The position numbers were made by a program, and so were the translations under genes. Positions 19,790 through 29,033 of a stretch of 64,000 nucleotides of DNA are shown here, in pieces (position 1 is the first letter of the stretch; each line of letters opens with the position of its first letter). The notes below the pieces were generated by a model. It ran no database searches and was not told where the DNA came from. It was given only the letters and a program-made list of their open reading frames with translations. The stretch is from Spirochaetia bacterium (GTDB lineage: Bacteria; Spirochaetota; Spirochaetia; CAKZLE01). The DNA lies in NCBI GenBank assembly GCA_963677595.1, contig OY782041.1, forward strand, positions 384,001 through 448,000, given 5' to 3'.

Positions 19790-20836
19790 ATGGATCTGCA
19801 GGAACACCCTCACCGAAGGTATAACCCGCTCTTAGGAGAGTGGATAAAAGTCTCCCCCCACCGGACGAAGCGTCCCTGGCAGGGACAGGTCGAGAAACCG
19901 CAGGTCGACCTGCTGCCTGCATATGATGAGAAATGCTATCTCTGCCCCGGCAACGAACGGGCAGGCGGTCACACGAACCCCGAGTACACGGGGACCTTCT
20001 CCTTCACCAACGACTTCGCGGCCCTGATCCCCGATGTGCCGGAAGGAGCTATCAGCACTGGGCCGAACGGCATGCTGAAGGCTGAGACGGAGCGGGGCAT
20101 CTGCCATGTCATCTGCTTCTCCCCAAGACATGACCTGACCCTCTCGAGGATGGAGACCGAAGATATCCGGAAGGTGGTAGACCTCTGGGCAGACGAGTAC
20201 CGGGAGCTCGGGGAAAAGGACTTCATCAACCATGTCCAGATCTTCGAGAACCGCGGGGCGGTCATGGGTTGTTCCAACCCCCACCCCCACGGGCAGGTCT
20301 GGGCTGAGGAGAACATCCCGGACATACCGGCGAAGGAGATCGAGAACCAGACAACCTATTATGAGGAGCATGGCTCCTCCCTCCTGTGCGACTACCTTGC
20401 CTATGAACTCGAGCAGCAGGAGCGCATCGTCCTCGAACAGGAGCACTTCGTCGTGCTCGTCCCCTACTGGGCGGTCTGGCCCTACGAGGTCATGGTACTG
20501 CCGAGACGGCCGGTTAGCAACCTCCTGGAACTCACGGATGAAGAACGGGCGGACCTGGCAGTGACGATCAAGCGTCTCGGCATCAGGCTCGACAACCTCT
20601 TCCAGACCAGCTTCCCCTACTCCATGGGGATCCACCAGGCCCCGACTGACGGAAAGGACTACCCGATGGTGCAGCTGCACCTCCACTACGCCCCCCCGCT
20701 TCTGCGTTCAGCGACCGTGAAGAAGTTCATGGTAGGCTATGAACTGATGGCTATGCCCCAGCGGGACATCACCGCCGAGTCGAGCGCTGCCAGGCTGCGT
20801 GAACTGCCTGAGACCCATTACCGGGAGACCCTCTGA
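19790..20836 (+). CDS. galT: Galactose-1-phosphate uridylyltransferase
   Basis: [29 protein letters not shown] (HPH active site). Confidence 0.95.
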   Translation: MDLQEHPHRRYNPLLGEWIKVSPHRTKRPWQGQVEKPQVDLLPAYDEKCYLCPGNERAGGHTNPEYTGTFSFTNDFAALIPDVPEGAISTGPNGMLKAETERGICHVICFSPRHDLTLSRMETEDIRKVVDLWADEYRELGEKDFINHVQIFENRGAVMGCSNPHPHGQVWAEENIPDIPAKEIENQTTYYEEHGSSLLCDYLAYELEQQERIVLEQEHFVVLVPYWAVWPYEVMVLPRRPVSNLLELTDEERADLAVTIKRLGIRLDNLFQTSFPYSMGIHQAPTDGKDYPMVQLHLHYAPPLLRSATVKKFMVGYELMAMPQRDITAESSAARLRELPETHYRETL

Positions 20837-20837
20837 C

Positions 20838-22127
20838 ATGAACGATATGAACACTGAGAACCTGCTGAAAGGCATCTCATCCGGACTGCTCAACCCGACC
20901 TATCCCTCGCTCTACGGAAGCCTCTATGACGAGCATGATATGGACGCACGGTTTGCGTCCCTGGTGGGGCGCCACCAGGCTCTCTTCGGGGAGCAGGAGA
21001 TACTTCGTCTCTACAGCACCCCGGGGAGGACCGAGCTCGGGGGTAACCACACTGACCACAACCACGGCCATGTCCTCGCGGCAAGCATCAACCTCGACAC
21101 TATCGCAGCGGTCTCTCCTACTGACGACATGGTCGCCGTCCTTGACTCCGAGGGGTTCGACCCGGTCTCGATCGACCTGAAAGACCTCTCCATCCACCCC
21201 GAGGAGGAGGGCACGACCCATGCCCTGCTGCGGGGGATCGCCTCACGCTTCGCGGCAAAGGGTTGCAGCCTTCGGGGATTCCGTGCTGCGACCTCTACCC
21301 GGGTACTCAAGGGGTCAGGCTTGAGTTCCTCAGCTGCTGTTGAGGTACTGATCGGCACCATCTTCAACGACCTCTACGCCGAGAACAGCTGTTCGACCAC
21401 GGAACTTGCCATCTTCGGGAAGTATGCGGAGAACACCTACTTCATGAAGCCCTCAGGCCTCATGGACCAGATCGCCTGTGCGAACGGGGGCATCGTCGGC
21501 ATCGACTTCGCCGACACCGCTGCCCCGGTGATCGACCCGGTCGCCTATGATTTCACCTCCCGGGGCTACACCCTGGCAGTCGTCGATACCGGCGGGAACC
21601 ATGCGAACCTGACCCCGGAGTATGCCGCCATCCCCACCGAGATGCGCGCCGTCGCGAAGGAACTCGGGAAGTCTACCTGCCATGAGATAACATTCGATGA
21701 GCTTCTTGATCATATGGGAACACTTCGCAGCCGGCTCGGCGACAGGGCGGTGATCCGGGCATGTCATTTCCTCAGCGAGGATGAACGGGCTGTGAAGATG
21801 GCAGGACTGCTCCATGCAGATGACATCACAGGGTATATCGCCATGGTGCGGGAGTCCGGGAGGTCCTCAGGCATGTACCTGCAGAACCTCTACCCCACCT
21901 CACTGCCCCAGGAACAGGGGGTGACCCTTGCCCTCGCCCTGACGGACGGGTTCCTCTCCGGGGAGGGTGCCTGCAGGGTTCACGGGGGAGGCTTCGCCGG
22001 TACCATACAAGCATATATCCCGAACGAACGGTTCAAAGAGTATACGATCCGGATGGAATCGGTCTTCGGGGACGGGAGCGTGACCCCGCTGGCTGTCAGG
22101 AACGTGCCGACGGGGAGGATCAGCTAG
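20838..22127 (+). CDS. galK: Galactokinase
   Basis: PGRTELGGNHTDHN, GSGLSSSA, GLMDQ, RVHGGGFAG; start at ATG 20838. Confidence 0.9.
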   Translation: MNDMNTENLLKGISSGLLNPTYPSLYGSLYDEHDMDARFASLVGRHQALFGEQEILRLYSTPGRTELGGNHTDHNHGHVLAASINLDTIAAVSPTDDMVAVLDSEGFDPVSIDLKDLSIHPEEEGTTHALLRGIASRFAAKGCSLRGFRAATSTRVLKGSGLSSSAAVEVLIGTIFNDLYAENSCSTTELAIFGKYAENTYFMKPSGLMDQIACANGGIVGIDFADTAAPVIDPVAYDFTSRGYTLAVVDTGGNHANLTPEYAAIPTEMRAVAKELGKSTCHEITFDELLDHMGTLRSRLGDRAVIRACHFLSEDERAVKMAGLLHADDITGYIAMVRESGRSSGMYLQNLYPTSLPQEQGVTLALALTDGFLSGEGACRVHGGGFAGTIQAYIPNERFKEYTIRMESVFGDGSVTPLAVRNVPTGRIS

Positions 22128-23392
22128 CCGAAGAGGTTTTTGACCTCAGCATCGATCTCAGTGAAGACGCTCTCCTTGTCGAAGAGCATGGAGAGTGCTT
22201 CAGGGATCGGCAGTTCCTCGCCGATCACCGGCTCCACGATCGTCTCGAACTTCGCTGGATGGGCGGTGGAGACGACGATGGTGTCAGGATCCTCCACATA
22301 CCGGTTCCGCACGTACTCGCCTGCTGCGGTATGGGGACATACCGCATAGCCGTACTGCTTCCAGACATTCGCGATCGATTCCTTGATCTGTTCATCGGAG
22401 ACGCTGAAGGCACTGACATGTTTCCTGATCTCCTCGATGGAGTCATACATATAGCGCATACGTTCCATATTGCTCGGGTCTCCCACGTCCATGGCATTCG
22501 CCAGGGTGGCGATGCTCTGCCGTGCCTCATAGGTACCTGATGAGAGGTAGTCGGGGATGGTCGTGTTGGCATTGGTCGCCAGGACGATGTCCTTGATCGG
22601 AGCTCCCATCTCCTTGGCGAAGTAGGCCCCAACAGAGTTCCCGACATTGCCGCTCGGGATGATGAAGACAGGCTCCCGTCCCGTCTTCGCCCTGTACTGC
22701 ACCGATGCATAGACGTAGTAGACCGACTGGGGGAGCAGTCGCCCGAGGTTGATGCTGTTCGCCGAGGTGAGCCCGTACTTCCCTTTGAGCTCACTGTCCA
22801 TGAAGGCCTTCTTTACCATGGCCTGGCAGTCATCGAAGGCGCCCCTCACCGCATAGGATTCCACATTGTCACCCCAGCAGGTGAGCTGCTTCTCCTGCCG
22901 GGCAGATACCCTCCCCTTGGGGAAGAGTACCTTCACCCCGATATGGTTCTTCCGATGGAAGGCGGCGGCCACTGCCCCGCCGGTGTCGCCGGAGGTCGCC
23001 ACCAGGATGGTAAGGGGCTGCTTCTTCACCGCATAGGAGTGTTCCATGAAGCTTGCGAGGAACCGTGCCCCGAAGTCCTTGAATGCGGCAGTCGGCCCGT
23101 GATAGAGCTCAAGAACGGCTTCTGTGCCATTGAGGAAATGGAGGGGTACCGGAAAATCGAAGGCATCCTCGCAGATCTCCTTGAGGGAACCCTCGAGCGG
23201 GTCCGCGATGAAGAAGGGGGTGAGGACCTCATAGGCCATCTGCTGGTAGCTCATCTCAGGGTCGAGGAGCTCCTTCGGGAGCTTTGGCAGCTCCGTCGGC
23301 ATATAGAGCCCCCCGTCCGGTGCCAGTCCCTGCAGGATGGCATCGAAGGCGCTGACTTCCGGTGATTTTCCTCTTGTACTCACAAATCTCAT
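22124..23392 (-). CDS. thrC: Threonine synthase
   Basis: GLAPDGGLY, ELYHGPTAAFKDFG, ATSGDTG, SANSINLGR, TAHPAKF. Confidence 0.95.
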   Translation of the reverse strand: MRFVSTRGKSPEVSAFDAILQGLAPDGGLYMPTELPKLPKELLDPEMSYQQMAYEVLTPFFIADPLEGSLKEICEDAFDFPVPLHFLNGTEAVLELYHGPTAAFKDFGARFLASFMEHSYAVKKQPLTILVATSGDTGGAVAAAFHRKNHIGVKVLFPKGRVSARQEKQLTCWGDNVESYAVRGAFDDCQAMVKKAFMDSELKGKYGLTSANSINLGRLLPQSVYYVYASVQYRAKTGREPVFIIPSGNVGNSVGAYFAKEMGAPIKDIVLATNANTTIPDYLSSGTYEARQSIATLANAMDVGDPSNMERMRYMYDSIEEIRKHVSAFSVSDEQIKESIANVWKQYGYAVCPHTAAGEYVRNRYVEDPDTIVVSTAHPAKFETIVEPVIGEELPIPEALSMLFDKESVFTEIDAEVKNLFG

Positions 23393-23424
23393 TGACTGCT
23401 CCTCTTCTCTTCCTTGTAGTCTCT

Positions 23425-25911
23425 CTAGAAACGTGCCCCGAGGTATGCCCCGAGCCGCAGCAGGTCGGCGAACACGCCTCCTGCCGTCACTTCCGGTCCC
23501 GCACCAGGTCCCTGGATGACCAGCGGCTGCTGGTGGTACCGGTCGGTGGTGAATGCCACGATATTATCTGTGCCCGAGATCCTCGCGAAGGGATGATCCT
23601 TGGGGTAGCCCTTGAGTTCGACCCTGCAGGTGCCCTGAGACGGTTCTATGATCCCGACATACTTCAGGAGCTTTCCCTCTGAAGCGGCTTCCTGCTGCAT
23701 CGACAGCAGCTCATCATCGATCATGGGGAGCTGCTCAAGGAACTCCGCGATGGAGACATCGTTCAGCTGCTCTGGTACGAGGTTCCGTACCGGGACCTCC
23801 TCGATCTCAGGCCGCATGCCGATCTCGCGAGAGAGGATGACGGCCTTCCGTACGATATCCATGCCGGTGAGGTCATCCCTGGGGTCGGGTTCCGTATAGC
23901 CAAGCTCCTTCGCCTCCCGGACCAGCTGGCTGAACGGCACCGTGCCGTCAAAGCGCCAGAAGAGGTACGCGAGGGTTCCTGAGAAGACTCCTTCTATCCT
24001 CCGGATGGTATCACCTGTCTGGATCAGGTCCTTCAGGGTCCCGATGATCGGTAGGCCTGCCCCCACGGTGGTCTCATAGAGGAAGTGCTTGCCATGCCTG
24101 CGGCCGACTGTCATCAGCTCCTCGTACTGGGGATAGGGGAAGGTCCCGGCCTTCTTGTTCGGCGTGATCAGGTGGATACCCCGTTCGATCCAGCCCTTGT
24201 ACTGGGCCGGCACGACACTCGAGGTCGAGCAGTCGATCAGGACTGAATGGGGGAAGTAATCTGCCGCTACGTGGTCTGCGAACCGCTCGAGGTCCGCGGG
24301 CTCCCCGGCACTGTCGAGGGTCTCCTCCCAGGATGAGAGGTCGATCCCCTGCTCGGAGAGGAGCATCTTCCGAGAGTTCGCGATCCCGCGTACCCGCAGG
24401 TCGACGTTGAACTCCGACTTGAGCCGCTCGGACTCCGCTGCTATCTGCTTCAGGAGGGTGGACCCTATGAGGCCCGGGCCGATGAGCCCGATGCTCAGGG
24501 TCTGCCTTGAGAGGAAGAAGCCTGCATGGAGGGCCCTCAGTGCCTTGGTCGCGTCAGAGCTCCTGATCACCGCACTGATGTTCCGTTCACTCGACCCCTG
24601 GGCTATGGCCCGTACATTGACATGGGCCTTCCCGAGGGCACCGAAGAACTTAGCCGCGATACCCGGGACACCGGGCATCTGCTCACCGACGGCGGCAAGG
24701 ATGGCACAGTCAGACTCCACCTCGATGGAGTTGATCCGGTAGCTGTCAAGTTCCTCCGCGAAGACACGCCTCGCGGTAGCCGAGGCGAGTTCCGCATCCT
24801 CCGAAGGCACGGCGAAGCAGATGGAGTGCTCGCTCGATGCCTGGGAGATCAGGATCACGGAGATCCGGCTCTCCCTCATGGCGGTGAAGAGCCGGGAGGA
24901 GACACCGGGCACCCCGATCATCCCCGCCCCCTCGATATTGATCAGGGCTGTCCCGTGGATCGCGGAGAACCCCTTCACCTGCTGGTTGTCTGCTTCAGCC
25001 CGCTGCGGGAGCACCAGGGTCCCCGGGTGGGTGATATCACGGAAGCACCTGAGCCGGATGGGGATCTGCTTCGCGATCGCGGGGACGAACGCATGCGGGT
25101 GGAGGACCTTCGCACCGAAGAAGGAGAGCTCGGTAGCTTCGGCATAGGTGATCTCCCCGATGACGACTGCCCCGGGTACCTCCGCCTTGTCTGCCGTGGT
25201 GAGGAACTCATCCTCGTTCCAGAAGGTGATCTCCTTCGCCTCGAGCAGGTACCCGCAGGCTGATGCGATAAGCTCGCTGTCGGTGTTCCCGTTGTCGAGG
25301 AGCTTAGCCGACCGGTCGGAGACCCAGCCGCCAGAGATGCAGATCGTATCACACTCCCCGTGTTCGGCGATCTGTTCCTGCAGCCGCTCGAGCGATGCCT
25401 GGTAATCGAAGCGGATGCCGCTCTCATCGATGGTTCCTGAGAAGATCCGGGCTGAGTCTGCGACCACCACCGAGTGGCCTGCCTGCTCGAACCTGCGCTT
25501 GAGGCTGCTCAGGACCCAGGAGAGCTCGATGGCGTCCACATACTTCCTGGAAGCCATGGATGCATCCCGGATGAGCCAGACCGCCTTGAGGATGTCCTCG
25601 ATCTGGTCGAACCCCTCTTTCAGCTCCTGGTGGAGCTCTACCTGCTCACTAGCCCCGGCAAGCCCCTCAATCGTGTCGGACCAGGCTTCGAACCGGTTCT
25701 CGAGCTTCGCCCAGATGGAATCATCATGGGCGATCGCATCATCGATCAGTGAGGTCAGGGAACCGGTCTCCTGGCCCAGGGGTGAGACGACGAATACCGT
25801 CGCCCCCCCGGTGTTCTCCCGGATCCTCACTACCTGGTCACTTCCGTGATCCGTGACGCACATCGCCCCCGATATCGCATGGATGCTCCAATCGTTCCTG
25901 TCGTTCTTCAT
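23425..25911 (-). CDS. thrA: ThrA-like aspartokinase-homoserine dehydrogenase fusion with a degenerate kinase domain
   Basis: Two ACT domains (ISQASSEHSI, IAQGSSERNIS) and an intact HSDH (GPGLIG, TPNKK, YETTVGAGLP, GYTEPDPRDDL); kinase motifs eroded. Confidence 0.85.
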   Translation of the reverse strand: MKNDRNDWSIHAISGAMCVTDHGSDQVVRIRENTGGATVFVVSPLGQETGSLTSLIDDAIAHDDSIWAKLENRFEAWSDTIEGLAGASEQVELHQELKEGFDQIEDILKAVWLIRDASMASRKYVDAIELSWVLSSLKRRFEQAGHSVVVADSARIFSGTIDESGIRFDYQASLERLQEQIAEHGECDTICISGGWVSDRSAKLLDNGNTDSELIASACGYLLEAKEITFWNEDEFLTTADKAEVPGAVVIGEITYAEATELSFFGAKVLHPHAFVPAIAKQIPIRLRCFRDITHPGTLVLPQRAEADNQQVKGFSAIHGTALINIEGAGMIGVPGVSSRLFTAMRESRISVILISQASSEHSICFAVPSEDAELASATARRVFAEELDSYRINSIEVESDCAILAAVGEQMPGVPGIAAKFFGALGKAHVNVRAIAQGSSERNISAVIRSSDATKALRALHAGFFLSRQTLSIGLIGPGLIGSTLLKQIAAESERLKSEFNVDLRVRGIANSRKMLLSEQGIDLSSWEETLDSAGEPADLERFADHVAADYFPHSVLIDCSTSSVVPAQYKGWIERGIHLITPNKKAGTFPYPQYEELMTVGRRHGKHFLYETTVGAGLPIIGTLKDLIQTGDTIRRIEGVFSGTLAYLFWRFDGTVPFSQLVREAKELGYTEPDPRDDLTGMDIVRKAVILSREIGMRPEIEEVPVRNLVPEQLNDVSIAEFLEQLPMIDDELLSMQQEAASEGKLLKYVGIIEPSQGTCRVELKGYPKDHPFARISGTDNIVAFTTDRYHQQPLVIQGPGAGPEVTAGGVFADLLRLGAYLGARF

Positions 25912-25977
25912 ACAAGCTGCCCTCATCGACCCAAGGCTGGTACCAGCAGATGGCCACTGGTATCAGCTTCAGGGTAT

Positions 25978-26010
25978 AAAAAAAGGACCCTACAGTAAGG
26001 ATCCTCTTTC
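25978..26010 (-). terminator. Terminator of rpmB
   Basis: Minus strand AGGATCCT-TACTGT-AGGGTCCT followed by a T-tract. Confidence 0.6.
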
Positions 26011-26045
26011 TGGTTCACACCACAAGACTAATCACGAATATGTGA

Positions 26046-26273
26046 TTATACCTTCTGTACCTTTCCGCTCTTCAAGCATCTAGTGCAGACTTTGATGGTC
26101 TTTGTGGTTCCTTCGATGTTGGCTTTGACTTTCACGATATTGGGCTTGAAGACACGTTTGGTCTTTACGCCGATGTGCTGCCCGACACCGCCTTTCTTCT
26201 TAGCCTGTCCTTTCCTTGGTACGTTATTTCCTGCGACCGTACCCTTTCCGCATATCTCACATCTACGTGCCAT
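26046..26273 (-). CDS. rpmB: 50S ribosomal protein L28 (zinc-binding form)
   Basis: MARRCEICGKG…TKRVFKPN…VCTRCLKSG; start at ATG 26273. Confidence 0.95.
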   Translation of the reverse strand: MARRCEICGKGTVAGNNVPRKGQAKKKGGVGQHIGVKTKRVFKPNIVKVKANIEGTTKTIKVCTRCLKSGKVQKV

Positions 26274-26464
26274 ACTATATCTCCACCTTATAGGAATAAT
26301 GCTATACATCTATGATCGAACATGTCTCATCTTCTCTTCTCCGGACATGCATCGACATCGCAGATATCAGAATATGAAACTATAGCTCGTTGAAAATAGC
26401 AAATAATCAGGATTATGTAAAGTCCTCTCTTGCAATTATTATGAATTTTGGTAAGGTGTGAACC

Positions 26465-26941
26465 ATGAACATCCTCCTGCATGCGCTGACACTCTCACAA
26501 TCGGCACACCTCGCGCTAACATCCTACAAGAGAACGCTCTACAGGGAATCTGACTGCGTCTCGGCGATCGCGCTGCCGCCGCTCATCCCCCTCGGCTGGG
26601 CACCTTCTGGATCCGGGTCTGATCCTCCCTATATCACCCCGCTCACCGAGCCGCTGGTAACGGGCACGATCCCCCTGCGTTCGGGAGATTCCTGGTACCT
26701 CCCGACAGACTGGACCCATAAGGGAGAAGATGGGGATCCCCACTCCATGCAGGGACTCTTTACGGTATACCCGGGGATCTACATCTGTGCCGCAGAAGAG
26801 GGGTTCATCCCCTCCCCCCTAGGGCAGTCCTGCAGGGTGACGGATCTCTGGCTTTCCACCTTCCGGCTCACCGTCAGGGAGACTGTCTCCTGGTGGGAAG
26901 ACCTCTTTGTCTCAACACTCTCTTCCAGGCATATCAGGTAA
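26465..26941 (+). CDS. Hypothetical protein
   Basis: 158-aa ORF filling the gap between rpmB and nth; no motif recognised. Confidence 0.5.
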   Translation: MNILLHALTLSQSAHLALTSYKRTLYRESDCVSAIALPPLIPLGWAPSGSGSDPPYITPLTEPLVTGTIPLRSGDSWYLPTDWTHKGEDGDPHSMQGLFTVYPGIYICAAEEGFIPSPLGQSCRVTDLWLSTFRLTVRETVSWWEDLFVSTLSSRHIR

Positions 26942-27589
26942 TCAGAGGCCTGCCTTCAGGCAGATACCAGTGATCGGGCAGTCTGCACAGGAAGGCTTCC
27001 TGGCATGGCAGTACTCCCGTCCATGGTTGTTGACCGTCATGGAGAAGCGGTACTGGTACTGCTCATCGAGCAGCCCCGCGATCGCGTACTCCACCTTCAC
27101 GGGGTCGGTCTCTTCCGTCAGCCCGATCCGCTTCACCACCCGCTTGAAGTGGGTGTCCACGATGATCGCCGGTTGCCCGAAGACTGAACCGAGCACCACC
27201 CCGGCAGTCTTCCTCCCGACCCCCGGGAGGGTCACGAGCTCCTCCATGGTCCTTGGGACGTTCCCGCCGAACTCTTCGACGATTCCCCTGGCAGCCCCGA
27301 TGATGTTCTTTGCCTTCGCACGGTAGAAGCCGGTCGAGTGGATGATCCGCTCGACATCCGACTGGTCAGCAGCAGAGAGCTCCTCCGGGCCGGGATAGGC
27401 ACTGAAGAGCTCGCCACTGATCAGGTTGACCTGGCGGTCGGTCGTCTGGGCGGAGAGGATCACGGCTATCAGCAGCTCGTAGGGGCCCTGTGCATGGGCC
27501 TCGAGGAACCCGATCTTCTCTGGATAGAGTCGGTCAAGCCGTTCATGTACGGTGAGGGCAAGCTCCCTCTTCTGTGTGATCGTCATCAT
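26942..27589 (-). CDS. nth: Endonuclease III
   Basis: LSAQTTD, LPGVGRKTA (HhH), VDTH, CHARKPSCADCPITGIC [4Fe-4S]. Confidence 0.95.
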   Translation of the reverse strand: MMTITQKRELALTVHERLDRLYPEKIGFLEAHAQGPYELLIAVILSAQTTDRQVNLISGELFSAYPGPEELSAADQSDVERIIHSTGFYRAKAKNIIGAARGIVEEFGGNVPRTMEELVTLPGVGRKTAGVVLGSVFGQPAIIVDTHFKRVVKRIGLTEETDPVKVEYAIAGLLDEQYQYRFSMTVNNHGREYCHARKPSCADCPITGICLKAGL

Positions 27590-27605
27590 CGCTCCTGGGA
27601 CTGAG

Positions 27606-27633
27606 AAGGCCCCTGATGACTGTCAGGGGCCTT
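27606..27633 (-). terminator. Stem-loop closing the methyltransferase/Xdh cluster
   Basis: AAGGCCCCTGA-TGACTG-TCAGGGGCCTT (11-bp stem). Confidence 0.6.
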
Positions 27634-27637
27634 GCGG

Positions 27638-29005
27638 TTACATATACTTCTTCAGCTCTTCCACGAGCTCGTCGGTACCCGGTATGATCGACGGGTACTT
27701 CAGCTCCCCGTTGATGTAGATACTCGGGAGGCAGGAGATCTTCAGCTTCTGTATCCTCGCGATATCATCGGGGTTGTTGTACTGGTAGGAGGCGAAATCG
27801 ACCGCATCGCCGAGCACCTCCTTCGCAGACTTCGCCGCTGCCTCCATGTAGGTGCAGGCGGCACAGGCTACCGGGTCGAGCAGGAAGGCCTCCATCAGGG
27901 GCTTCTCAAGGTTCTCGTAATCAGGCAGCGCGACTTCGATATCATCGAAGGAGGTGCCTGAATGGTTCTCGACGAGCTTACGTACCACCTCGGTCTCCTG
28001 GACAGCCTGAGCTACCGCTACGGCGTTCTGGGGCGGTACATCATAGGGCATGTCGCAGCCCGGGGCAACGATCAGGTTCTTCGTAGTCGAGAGCCCTGCC
28101 GCAGAAAGCCCGTCGAGCATGTCGACGGTGTACTTCATGTTGTCCTGCTGGTTGCCGAAGAGCATGACCGTGGTCAGCGGGATGTTACCCCCGAGCACGA
28201 CGTTGTGGCGGTCGGTGATCTTCTTGGCCTCGATCATACTGACGTTCTCGTCCACGGCGATCGCATCGGGACCGCACTGGCACATCAGGTCTATGTTGTG
28301 GATGGCATTCCCGCATACGAAGAAGGAGCTGTAGGCTCCCTTCTCCCGTATATAGGTAAAGAGCTTCGTATAGGGTTCGAGGAAGAACTGGGTGAAGTGC
28401 TTCGGCGAGATCTGCGACATGAGCGGGTCCACCGGCACGATGATGTCCATCTCCTCCTCGATGTAGAAATCAGACATCCGGCAGGCGACTTCGGTAGTAT
28501 AGGCAAGCAGTTCATGGAGGGCATCCGGGTTCTTGATCATGTCCATGAAGATCTTCGTCCCCCGCAGGTGGGAAGCCAGCGTGAAGGGACCGCAGAAGAG
28601 CCCGTAGAGAGCCGTGTGGTCCCCCACTGCCTCCTTGAACCGCCTCATGACGTTCCAGACCATGGGGAGCCTGCCGTCATCCTTCTCGATCATCTTCTCA
28701 GGGATCTTCGATTCCTTCTTCAAGGGATGGGAAACGACTGAGGGGAGGTTCTTCTCCACCCACTTCAGCTCGCAGCCGAGGATCTCGGCCTCGAGCTGCA
28801 GGTCGAACATGACCGTCTGCCCGTCCGGGCTGTAGAGCCTGTTCACCTCGAGCAGCGATTCCAGCAGCTTGTCCTCATCCTGGAGCACCTCCAGGGCATT
28901 GTATCCCTTCGTCTTCCCCGCATGGATCCCTGCATAGGGAACCCATGCAGGCCGCGGGACCTCCTTGTGATTCAGGATGTCAATGATCAACTCTTTTCCA
29001 TTCAT
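27638..29005 (-). CDS. URO-D/MtaA-CmuA (MT2-like) methyltransferase-family protein with a C-terminal thioredoxin-like domain
   Basis: EAEILGC, GPFTLA, QISPKHF, FVCG, GNIP, VAPGCD; C-terminal CAAC…LPSIYINGE. Confidence 0.75.
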   Translation of the reverse strand: MNGKELIIDILNHKEVPRPAWVPYAGIHAGKTKGYNALEVLQDEDKLLESLLEVNRLYSPDGQTVMFDLQLEAEILGCELKWVEKNLPSVVSHPLKKESKIPEKMIEKDDGRLPMVWNVMRRFKEAVGDHTALYGLFCGPFTLASHLRGTKIFMDMIKNPDALHELLAYTTEVACRMSDFYIEEEMDIIVPVDPLMSQISPKHFTQFFLEPYTKLFTYIREKGAYSSFFVCGNAIHNIDLMCQCGPDAIAVDENVSMIEAKKITDRHNVVLGGNIPLTTVMLFGNQQDNMKYTVDMLDGLSAAGLSTTKNLIVAPGCDMPYDVPPQNAVAVAQAVQETEVVRKLVENHSGTSFDDIEVALPDYENLEKPLMEAFLLDPVACAACTYMEAAAKSAKEVLGDAVDFASYQYNNPDDIARIQKLKISCLPSIYINGELKYPSIIPGTDELVEELKKYM

Positions 29006-29033
29006 CCAACCGGTAGTTTCTCCTTATATGAAA

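Noticed and set aside
25912-26045. Threonine attenuator or T-box upstream of thrA
   Set aside because: There is no Thr/Ile-rich leader peptide or T-box consensus; the hairpin is explained as the rpmB terminator.
27638-29005. Genuine hemE (uroporphyrinogen decarboxylase)
   Set aside because: It lacks the HemE RQAGR motif and sits with corrinoid methyltransferase genes rather than hem genes.
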